This document shows, piece by piece, positions 46,271 to 57,249 of a stretch of DNA of 64,000 bases (positions within the stretch are counted from its first letter, which is position 1; every line of letters begins with the position of its first letter). The position numbers and the translations under genes are program-made. The notes under the pieces are model-generated. The model ran no database searches and was not told the DNA's origin. It saw only the letters and a list, made by a program, of their open reading frames with translations. Origin of the DNA: Squalus acanthias (lineage: Eukaryota); assembly GCA_030390025.1 (NCBI GenBank), contig CM059431.1:132496001-132560000 (forward strand), written 5' to 3'.

Positions 46271-47931
46271 TGTGTTGTGTGGCGCTACCACCGTGTTATA
46301 TGGGATAGATTCAGAACAGATCTAGCAGCTCAAAATTGGGCATCCATGAGGTGCTGTGGGTGATTAGCAGCAGCCGAATTGTATTCCACCACAATCTGTA
46401 ACCTCATGGCCCAGCCTATCCCTCACTTTACCATTGCCATCAAGCTAAGCAACCAACCATGGCTCAATGAGAAGTGTAGAATGCCATGAGCAGCACTAGG
46501 CATTCCTAAAAATGAGGTGCTAACCTGGTTAAGCTATCACATGCTAAACAGCGGAAGCAGCATGCTATAGACAGAGCCACGTGATCCCACAACCAACGGA
46601 TCATATCAAAGCTCTGCAGTCCTGCCACATCCAGTTGTGAATGGTGGTGGACAATTAAACAACAAACAGGAGGAGGAGGCAGCATCAACATCCCCATCCT
46701 CAATGATGGCGGAGCCCAGCACATAACTGCAAAAGACAAGGCTGAAGCATTCACAATCATCTTCAGCCTGAAGTGCCAAGTGGATGATCCATCTCAGCTT
46801 CCTCCTAAGGTCCCCACCAACACAGATGCCAGTCTTCAGCCAATTCAATTCACTCCACGTGATATCAAGAAATGGCTGAGCGCACTGGATACAGCAAAGG
46901 CTATGGGCCCCGACAACATCCTGGCTGTAGTGCTGAAGACTTGTGCTCCAGAACTAGCCGCGCCTCTAGCCAAGCTGTTCCAGTACAGCTACAACAGTAG
47001 CATTTACCCAACAATGTGGAAAATTGCCCAGGTACGACCTGTCCACAAAAAGTAGGACAAATTCAATCCGGCCACTTCCCGCCTGATCAGTCTACTCTCA
47101 ATCATCATCAAAGTGATGGAAGGTTTCGTCAACAATGCTATCAAGCGGCACTTACTCACCAATAACCTGCTCACTGATGCTCAGTTTGGGTTCCGCCAGG
47201 ACTACTCGGCTCCAGACCTTATTACAATCTTGGTCCAAACAAGGACAAAAGAGCTGAATTCCAGAGGTGAGGTGAGAGTCACTGCCCTTGACATCAAGGC
47301 AGCATTTGATTGAGTGTGGCACCAAGGAGCCCCAGTAAAATTAAAGTCAATGGGAATCAGGAGGAAAACTCTCCACTGTATTGAGTCATACCTAGCACAA
47401 AGGAAGATGGCTGTGGTTGTTGAAAGCCAATCATCTCAGCCCCAGGTCATCGCTGCAGGAGTTCCTCAGGGTAGTGTCCTAAGGCCAACCATCTTCAGCT
47501 GCTTCATCAATGACCTTCCCTCCATCATAAGGTCAGAAGTGGGGATGTTCGCTGATGATTGCACAGTGTTCAGTTCCAGTCACAGCTCTTCAGATAATAA
47601 AGCAGTCCGTGCCCACATGCAGCAAGACAGCATCCAGGTTTGGGCTGACAACTGGCAAGTAACATTCATATCACACAAGTGCCAGGCAATGACCAGCTCC
47701 AACAAGAGAGAGTCTAACCACTTCCCTTTAACTGGACCAGCCACATAAATACTGTGGCTACAAGAGCAGGTCAGAGGCTGGGTATTCTGCAGTAAGTGAC
47801 TCAACTCCTGACTCCCCAAAGCCTTTTCACCACCTTCAAGGCACAAGTAAGGAGTGTGATGGAATACTCTCCACTTGCCTGGATGAGTGCAGCTCCAACA
47901 ACACTCAAGAAGCTCGACACCATCCAAGACA

Positions 47932-48726
47932 TAAGAACATAAGAAATAGAAGCAGGAGTAGGCCATTCGGCCCTTCGAGCCTGCTCCGCCATTCAATGAG
48001 ATCATGGCTGATCTTCTGCCTCAACTCCATTCACCGGCCCCATCGCCATATCCCTTGATGCCCTTACTAGTCAAAAATCTATCGACTTCTGTTTTGAATA
48101 TACCCAATGACTGAGCCTCCACAACCCTCTGGGGTAGAGAATTCCAAAGATTCACCACCCTCTGTGTGAAGAAATGTCTTCTCATCTCAGTCCTGAATGG
48201 CCTACCCTTTATCCTGAGGCTGTGGCCCCTGGTTCTAGACTCCCCAACCAAGGGAAACATTCTCCCAGCATCCATCCTATCAAGCCCTGTAATAATTTTG
48301 TATGCTTCAATGAGATCCCCTCTCATTCTTCTGAATTCAAGAGAATACAGGCCTAGTTTACTCAATCTCTTCTCATACGACAGTCCCGCCATCCCAGGAA
48401 TCAATCTCATGAACCTTTGTTGCACTCCCTCTATGGCAAGTATATCCTTCCTTAGGTAAGGAGACCAAAATTGTACACAGTACTCCAGTTGTGGTCTCAC
48501 CAAGGCCCTATATAATTGGAGTAAGACTTCTTTACTCCTGTACTCAAATCCTCTTGTAATGAAGGCCAGCATACCATTTGCCTTCCTAATGGCTTGCTGC
48601 ACCTACACATTCACTTTCAGTGACTCATGTACAAGGACACCCAGGTCCCTTTGAACGTCTGCATTCCCCAATCTTTCACCATTTAGGAAATACTCTGCCT
48701 TTCTGTTTTTTCTACCAAAGTGGATA
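47932..48726 (-). mobile_element. Young 5'-truncated CR1 with a 6-bp TSD
   Basis: ORF 48021..48602; AAGACA at 47926-47931 and 48727-48732; nearly identical to 44797-45595. Confidence 0.95.
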
Positions 48727-49164
48727 AAGACAAAGCAGTGCGCTTGATCTGCACCTCAGCCACCACCTTAAACATTCACTCCCTCCACCACCAGCGCACC
48801 ATGGCTGCAGTGTGTACCATCTACAAGATGCACTGCAGCAACTCGCCAAGGCTTCTTTGGCAGCACCTCCCAAACCTGCTCCTCTACCACCTAGAAGGAC
48901 AAGGGCAGCAGGTGCATGGGAACACCACTATCTCCAAGTTCCCCTCCAAGTCACACACCATCCTGACTTGGAAATATATCATCATTCCTTCATTGTTGCT
49001 GGGTCAAAATCCTGGAACTCCCTCCCTAACAGCACTGTGGGAATACCATCACCTCATGGACTGCAGCCATTCAAGAAGGCAGCTTACCACCACCTTCTCA
49101 AGGGTAATTAGGTAATAAATGCTGGCCTTGCCAGCGACACCCATATCCGGTGAATGAATAAAAA

Positions 49165-49520
49165 GATGTCTATGCACCTTGGACTTGCAGGAGAAAACAT
49201 GGGGGCCACACCAGGGGAATGACCAGAGTAGGAGAGAGTAAGGGTTTTATTGGAGACCAAGGCACTAAAGGTGGAAGTGATGGAGTGATTGAGCAGATAG
49301 ACAGCTGCAGAAATATTGTGGTGAATAGAGGAACAAAGGCTAGACAGTTGGGAGTTTGAAAGTGCAGTTGTAAGTAAGGGAAGATTTATTCTAAGGGCAG
49401 ACACAGAAGGAAATGGGCTTGGAAGAGGGTCAGGAGATGTGGGTGGTGAGGAAGTGGTCAGAAATGGCATTGTCTGTGATCAAGATGATGGGAGTAGAGG
49501 TCACGTGAGATGGCAAATTC
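49165..49520 (-). mobile_element. L2 LINE, right part (endonuclease/linker region)
   Basis: NISAAVYLLNHSITSTFSALVSNKT..SPG; reads as the continuation of the L2 piece ending at 43420. Confidence 0.65.
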
Positions 49521-49569
49521 GAAGACATGAAATGCATAATATATTATTCTTGCTGCTGTAGTGGACACT

Positions 49570-51462
49570 ATAGTGGAAAGACGGTTGGGTTTGGCTCAGG
49601 TGGCATGTAAAAATGTAAAACTTCTGAAACCCGCCCCCAACCCGCCCACTTCTAGTTTTAACGGAGACAGGAGGCGGGGCAGGCCACCAACCTGCTCGCA
49701 GGAGGCGGGTTGGTCATTTAAATATTGTAATGAGGTTGTGTGCCTGAGAATTAACCACCATTTTAAATTTAACCCTGGCCAGCCGGGCTTCCCAGGTCTC
49801 GGGAAACCCAGCAGCTAAAGGGAGGCGAGGACTGCTGGATCCAGGAGGTAAGTGCCTTTCCACTTACCTGTTGTATCCAGTTTACCTGCTTCACCCACTC
49901 CCCACGTTCGGTCACCACCCGACTCTTCCGCTCTCCCCCGACTCTTCCAATCTCCTCCCGACTCTTCCGATCTCTTCCCGACTCTTCCGCTCTCCCCCGA
50001 CTCTTCCAATCTCCTCCCGACTCTTCCAATCTCCTCCCGACTCTTCCGCTCTCCCCCGACTCTTCCGCTCTCCCTCGACTCTTCCGATCTCCTCCCGACT
50101 CTTCCGCTCTCCCCCGACTCTTCCAATCTCCTCCCGACTCTTCCGCTCTCCCCCGACTCTTCCGCTCTCCCCGACTCTTCCGCTCTCCCCCGACTCTTCC
50201 GATCTCCTCCCGACTCTTCCGATCTCCTCCCGACTCTTCCGCTCTCCCCCGACTCTTCCAATCTCCTCCCAACTCTTCCGATCTCCTCCCGACTCTTCCG
50301 CTCTCCCCCGACTCTTCCGCTCTCCTCCCGACTCTTCCGCTCTCCCCCGACTCTTCCGATCTCCTCCCGACTCTTCCGATCTCCTCCCGACTCTTCCGAT
50401 CTCCTCCCGACTCTTCCGATCTCCTCCCGACTCTTCCGATCTCCTCCCGACTCTTCCGATCTCCTCCCGACTCTTGCGATCTCCTCCCGACTCTTCCGAT
50501 CTCCCCCGACTCTTCCGATCTCCTCCCGGACTCTTCCGATCTCCTCCCGACTCTTCCGCTCTCCTCCCGACTCTTCCGATCTCCTCCCGACTCTTCCGAT
50601 CTCCTCCCGACTCTTCCGATCTCCTCCCGACTCTTCCGATCTCCTCCCGACTCTTCCGATCTCCTCCCGACTCTTCCGATCTCCTCCCGACTCTTCAGCT
50701 CTCCCCCGACTCTTCCGCTCTCCCCCGACTCTTCCGCTCTCCCCCGACTCTTCCGATCTCCTCCTGAGCCTTCCGATCTCCTCCCGACTCTTCCGCTCTC
50801 CCCCGACTCTTCCGATCTCCTCCCGACTCTTCCGATCTCCTCCCGACTCTTCCGATCTCCTCCCGACTCTTCCACTCTCCCCCGACTCTTCTGATCTCCT
50901 CCCGACTCTTCCGATCTCCTCCTGAGCCTTCCGATCTCCTCCCGACTCTTCCGATCTCCTCCCAACTCTTCCGATCTCCTCCTGAGCCTTCCGATCTCCT
51001 CCCGACTCTTCCGATCTCCTCCCGACTCTTCCGATCTCCTCCTGAGCCTTCCGATCTCCTCCCGACTCTTCCGAAAACCCCCGACTCTTCCGATCTCCTC
51101 CCGACTCTTCCGATCTCCTCCCGACTCTTCCGATCTCCTCCCGACTCTTCTGATCTGCCCCGCCTGCCCCCGAGGCCCCCAATATCCCCCACCCACTCCC
51201 CAGACCTCTGATCTCCACTACCAATCTTTCCGACCTCCCCCTGGGGCCTCCGATCCCTCCCTACCTCCTCTCTGCTCCCCTACTGCAGCCTCTTGCCGAA
51301 GCCCGACCTGCCCGACAGTCAGCCTCTCAATCTGGCTGGCTGCGGCCGTGAAACGGAGACAAAAAATTTTAATTTCCCTGCGGGAAACCCATTTCTCTGG
51401 GTTTCCCGACCTCAGAACAGCACCACCCACTCCCTCCCCACCTCTGAACTAATATCCAGCCC
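49570..51462. mobile_element. Inverted paralogue of element D with an internal satellite
   Basis: 49700-49870 and 51290-51460 are reverse complements of 21770-21930 and 21385-21570; right end AATATCCAGCCC. Left end approximate. Confidence 0.75.
49918..51155. repeat. Pyrimidine-rich satellite of mixed 20-bp (CTCCTCCCGACTCTTCCGAT) and 19-bp (CTCCCCCGACTCTTCCGCT) units, roughly 60 copies
   Basis: Directly visible. Confidence 0.97.
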
Positions 51463-51679
51463 ACTTTGTGTAACTTAGTTCCCTTAAGGCCACATAATAT
51501 AATTGCTGTGCCTTCCTGTTTCAATTAGAGGATAATTGTTCTCAGACAGATCCTCAATTAGAGGTCAGATGACTTTAATACAGTTGTTGATTTCCTGTAT
51601 TGTTACAAATGGAGAGTCAAATCAAGTGCAGTATTCAGGTCAAGCAGGGTTAGAGGACAGGGAATAATTGGACCAAGTT

Positions 51680-51950
51680 GGGGGAGGTGGAATGGATGGA
51701 GGGAGATGGGAGGGGAGGAGGAAGGGGAAGGAAAGGAAGTGGGATGAGAAGGAGGAGAGGGGAGAGGGGAGGGAGGAGGAGAAGGGGAGAGGATAGGCAA
51801 GGGGAGGGTGAAAAAGAGAAGAGGGAGAGAGTAATGGGAGAAGGGAGGGGAAGGTACAGAGAGGGTCAAGGGGACTGGAGAGGAAGAGAGGTGGACAGAG
51901 ACGGGGAGGGGAGAAAATAGAATGCACAGGGGAGGAGGAGGAGCAGTCGG
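51680..51950 (+). repeat. Low-complexity polypurine (G/A) tract
   Basis: About 270 bp almost entirely G and A. Confidence 0.85.
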
Positions 51951-53682
51951 GTCAGGGGATGAGGTCAGGGGTGGACTGACAAATGCTGTAAGTGGAGGAA
52001 GGGGGTTGGCTGATGGTTTTTGGATATCCTGGAGAATTGTACGTTAGACATCTTGGAGGGTTAAGAGTTAGTAAATGCACTTCTTTGTATCTTGGAGCAA
52101 CAGGTTTTCCAAGTTAAAACAGCATGGCCTTGAAGTGTCATGAGAAGAAAGCATGGCTATTCTTCTGCTTTTAGTATCTGAGTGTTATATACAAGAATTG
52201 CTCGTGCAAGGAAATAAGTGACAGTAATGATGTCAGCCATGAGTGATTAAGGTGTAACTTTGGTGGCTAGGGTAATAAACATAGGCAGAGGAGTCCATTA
52301 ACTATAGTATAGAATGGTAACGGTTAATAAAACTACTCTTCAAAGGATTCGAGAACAGTTAAGTCAGAAGACTGGTTTGAGAAAAGTATCTTTGAAGTAA
52401 ACAACTACGAATGTTTACATAAATAGACTTCAAAAGTTTCAGGAACAGATCTGAGGTCTTACCTGTGAAACATATCTTTGATGTAGGCAAATTAAGGTGT
52501 ATAAAGGAGCATGGTTTTTAACAGTTCATCAGAGGGCTTGAAAGATACAACTAGAAACCAAAAGCCACTCTCTGTGTACAGATCGATCACCTATGCTGGA
52601 TATCAATAAAGTCTGTTCCATATACTTCACTATTAAGTGTCTCATGCTTGCTTGAAGCATGTCATTATGAACCATTGAAGGAAGGAGGTTGACTAACAGT
52701 TAAATGTTAACAAGGATCGATAAATCATCACAGTTGAGGGGAGTTCATTATGCACAGTGGGGCATGATGATTCTCCATTCATTATTGACCAGTGATGCTA
52801 AAGCTGAATGAATGTTTCTGTGTCAAAACAGAGATACTTAAGGAGAGAGCTGCAAAAATATTGGAGGAATCCTTGAAGGAAGAAGATTAAATACCGAGTT
52901 GAGTTGGGGAGGTGTGACTCAGGAAATTGTGGGCTAGTTGGTGTGCACCTTTTCTGTGGATGAGCCTGGGGATGGAGAGCATTGGCAACCACTTCGGTGA
53001 TGAACTTAACATTAGTTTCTATAGCCAGGAGGTCTGGGGCATTTAGGAGATCACAGTTACATTTCCTGTCATCAGCACTTTTTTATGCATGGTGCCAGCT
53101 TACCTATGGGAAACCATCCCAGCAGGAGGGGTGTTGACCTGCAAAGCTTTTTCATGTTCCTTCACTCATTGGCGCTACTGATCCCACCTGGCTGTTTTTG
53201 ACCTTCGTTTAATATGATGACTTCTTCTGCAACATAATTCTATCATTCCCAGCATTAAAACGCTCAGTCTACACAAAGTGCCCAAAACTAAGTTGACTTA
53301 CATCAGAATTTATATATCATGTTAAGATTCTATTTCAGTCTGATTATTTTCTGTAATACTGTTAACTTAATATTTCATAGTTTATTAGTGACATATAATT
53401 ACTCGTCTTTTGAAAATACATTTAATGGTGCTTTATTTTTATTTGTTTCCTTTTTGAAGTTGAGTTTTTTTTGCAGTTTAAAAGTAACAATAATGAACAA
53501 GATTTGTATATATGATTATATTGCATCCAACGTCGAACCGCATGGCTTTGATCAATAAGCACATTATATCTCCCTCATTATTTTATGTTTCTTTCCCTCC
53601 TCAATTATCACCCCTAAGCAATAACTCACTGCTCTTTTGTTATCTCCCTCATTTTCAAGAAGGATTCAAAATGAAAGGATTG

Positions 53683-54672
53683 TCTGTCCTCACCTTCCAC
53701 CCCACCAGCCTCCAGCTTCAACGGATCATCCTCCACCATTTCCACCACCTCCAGCGTGAACCCACCACCAAACACATCTTCCCCTCCCCTTATAGCATTC
53801 CGAAGGGACCATTCCCTCCGTCACACCATAGTCCACTCCTCAATCACCCCCAACACACCCTCCCCTTCGCCCGGCACCTTTCCATGCAAGCGCAGGAGAT
53901 GCAACACCTGGCCTTTTATCTCCTCCCTTCCCACCGTCCAAAGCCGCAAACACTCCTTCCAAATGAAACAGCGATTTACTTGTACTTCTTCAATTTAGTA
54001 TACTGTATTTGCTGCTCACGATGCGGTCTCCTCTACATTGGGGAGACCAAACACAGATTGGGTGACCGTTTGCGGAACACCTTCGTTCAGTCCGTAAGCA
54101 TGACCCCGAGCTTCCAGTCGCCTGTCATTTTAATTCTCCGCCCCACTCCCATTCTAACTTCTCTGTCCTTGGCCTCCTACACTGTTCCAATGAAGCTCAA
54201 AGTAAGCTTGAGGAACAGCACCTCATCTCTCTATTAGGCACTTTACAGCCTTCCGGACTCAACATTGAGTTCAACAATTTTAGATCAAAACCTCTGCCCT
54301 AATTTTTTCGGATGGCAGCTGTTGATGATTCTGCCATTCCCATTGACACCTCTTCTAGACCCATCTTTTGTTTCTTTACTTGTCCCATTACCATCTCCTT
54401 TCACCTTGCACCTTTTGTCATTTAATCTCTCCTGCCTTCCACCCTATCACAGACCTTCCCTTTTGTTCTTTCCTCCCCTCCCCCCTTTCCCTGTCTCTGC
54501 ACTTGCTTAAAACCTGTTATATCTCTAACTTTTTCCCATTCTAACAAAAGGTCATCAACCTGAAACGTTAACTCTGTTTCTCTCTCCACAGATGCTGCCT
54601 GACCTGCTGAGTACTTCCAGCATTTTCTGTTTTTATTTCAGATTTACAGCATCTGCAGTATTTTGCTTTTGT
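53683..54672 (+). mobile_element. 5'-truncated Penelope-like element (Cys-rich linker plus GIY-YIG endonuclease plus pLTR)
   Basis: VLTFHPTS; AFRRDHSLR; GTFPCKRRRCNT; RFTCTSS/NLVYCICCSRCGLLYIGETKHRLGDR; VACHFN; EEQHLI..QPSGLNIEF. Frameshifted; dead hammerhead at 54537-54573. Confidence 0.92.
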
Positions 54673-55129
54673 GTTCTGTGAAAAGTCTCCTCTTTCAAGT
54701 GAAGTTCCATTATTCTTAGGTTTATCATGTCCGCCCACCACCAACAGAGGTCAGTTCTTGATTCTTCCATATTTGTTATACTCTCTTCTTACTTACAAGG
54801 AAGGACCCCAGGCCAGTTAATTTGTTCTTCTATATGAAAAGCTATGAATAGTGTCATTGCTGGAATTGCGGCCTGCTCTCCCACAGGTTCAACATTCTCC
54901 ACCTTCCTATTACAAAGCATAATATAATCTGTACCCCATTCACCATGTCCCTCACCAACCAACCCTTCCTTCATCACATGCAGGCAAATAATTTCCTGCT
55001 GACATCCTTCCCATCAGACCTTCTGCGTGCTTTATGTGCCTGATCTCACAATCCTGCTGGTGTTCACTGTCACACACTGGCTGGCAGTATTGCTTGGCCA
55101 TATAGTAATGCGACCGAAGGAAGCTTACT

Positions 55130-57010
55130 CTTTTGCAGGAAACGGCTGCACACAATTGGAGAGTGAGAAATGCAATGAGAGGTAGCCCAGTAGCAATAAG
55201 TGATCTCACCTCATTTGAAGAGATGGCCCTGGAGATTCAAGGGCATGATGTCCTTCAGGAGGCCAGAGATGGTGAAGAAGGGGACATGCCCCTGCACAGG
55301 GTTAATATAAAACAGACATTGTTCATTGTTCATTGTTCCAACCCAAGTCACTAACACAAGCTGGACCCATTTACTACAGTATACAAGTGTTCTCTCTCCT
55401 AACTGTTGCCTCTGTATATTTTTGCAAGAATGGTCCAGGAAGAACTAGCAGGTTCTTCACTAAGAAGTCTCCCTAGACACTGCACCTGATACCATATCAC
55501 TGCATCTTACGCTCACAAGAATCAACTCTATCACATCATATATAGTCAGTTTGAGTGTAGTTCACCGAGTGATGCACTGAGCACAGATAAGCAGGAGCAG
55601 ATGGAGATGGAGATACACAGTTGGTGAGGTCAGGGATCCCAATCTCTCAGATCCAGCCTTTAAAAGAAGAATGCTTACTGAACCTGAAAGATTGTTGAAG
55701 TCTTTGAGTAATTGCCTTCTGGCTTCTGACACATGGCGGATAGGGTGGAGGAATTCAACACCCGCATGTATGAGGTGTTATTGCAAGGATTCCAAAGTAT
55801 GTAATTAGCCTTGGAGTGAGGGGCAGCTCCAGTGCCACCTGGAGGGCGGGTCCTAATGGCAGAGGCAACAACACTGAAGGTGGGAATGCAAGTGCAGCAG
55901 GCAGTCAAGAAAGCAAACGGAATGATGGCCTTCATAGCAAGGGGATTTGAGTACAGGAGTAGGGAGGTGATGCTACAGTTGTACAGGGCCTTGGTGAGGC
56001 CACACCTGGAGTATTGTGCGCAGTTTTGGTCTCCTAACTTAAGGAAGGACATTCTTGCTATTGAGGGAGTGCAGCGAAGGTTTACTAGATTGATTCCTGG
56101 GATGGCCGGACTAACATATCAAGAAAGATTGGGTCAACTGAACTTGTATCCTCTGGAGTTCAGAAGAATGAGGGGGGATCTTATAGAGACATTTAAAATC
56201 CTGACTGGTTTAGACAAATTAGATGCGGGCAGAATGTTCCCAATGGTAGGGAAAACTAGAACCAGGGGTCACAGTCTAAGGATTAAGGGGAAGCCATTTA
56301 GGACTGAGCTGAGGAGGAACTTCTTCACCCAGAGAGTGGTGAATCTATGGAATTCTCTTCCACAGAAGGTTGTTGAGGCCAGTTCGCTAAATATATTCAA
56401 AAGGGAGTTAGATATAACACTCACAACTAAGGGGATCAAGGGGTATGGCGAGAAAGCAGGAATGGGGTACTGAGGTAGCATGTTCAGCCATGAACGCATT
56501 GAATGGCGGTGCAGGCTCGAAGGACCGAATGGTCTACTCCTGTACCTATTTTCTATGTTTCTATGTTTCTATTATTGACAGATTTTCATCCCTCCGGAAA
56601 GCTCATACTGAACTTGGGCAGCAGTGTCAGCTCTTACTTGGACAGTTTATCAAATCAGCTAGGATGAATGGAAAAAGCTATGAATAGGGGCGTTAACAGT
56701 GTCATTGCTGTATTTGCAGCCTGTTCTCACACAGGTCACAAGTGGCACACAGGCTTCCAGCAAGGACTGGACAGAACTTCAGAGGGATGAGGTTTTTGTC
56801 TCTCATGATGGACTACTACTGCAATCCTCTAGCAGGATCCAGTAAGCAGGCAGGGCCAGGCTGAACCTACATTTGTGGAAATGCCACACACTGAAGCAGG
56901 CTGTTAGAGAGTCAAGAGTCTCCTTAGATGCCAGCCACTACAGATGCTTCTAACACAGGACCTCCACTAGCTAGGGGATCACATCCATCACCAACTAGTA
57001 AGAGAGAGAA
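55130..57010 (+). pseudogene. Very degenerate Harbinger Myb-like gene (exons 2-3), split by CR1
   Basis: AAHNWRVRNAMRGSPVAISDLTSFEEMALEI matches exon 2 of the other Myb genes in this window. Confidence 0.55.
55870..56572 (+). mobile_element. Young 5'-truncated CR1
   Basis: ORF 55832..56473 (LYRALVRPHLEYCAQFWSP..GIKGYG) and TTTCTATG tail repeats. Confidence 0.95.
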
Positions 57011-57249
57011 GCACTGTGATGGCAATAAGTATGTTTATGGAAACTTTGTAAATATTCACTTTAATAACTTTATTGAATGTGCAATGAGATATCCTTAGGT
57101 GGATTTGGTGAGGAGGCAGCCAACAAGATGTTCAGTGTTTCTGGGAGAACGGTAGGGATTTTAAGTGATTTTCTACAATGGTTTTGGTGAAGGTGAAGAG
57201 GATATGATAGCAATGTGAATAGGTCAGGAGAAGAGTCACAAATTGCTCT

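Larger units (their letters stand above)
43421..49164 (+). mobile_element. Zenon-like single-ORF LINE (APE plus RT) with a tRNA-derived 5' head, carrying two CR1 insertions
   Basis: Head 43421-43800; APE (GDFN..PTRGKNLLDLVLT..GQSDH) 43800-44795; RT ([49 protein letters not shown]) 46270-47930; C-terminus and GAATGAATAAAAA tail 48727-49164. Confidence 0.85.

Noticed and set aside
49769..51224. Long ORFs of 298-475 aa on both strands
   Set aside because: Artefacts of a stop-free satellite: open in several frames, with purely repetitive translations.
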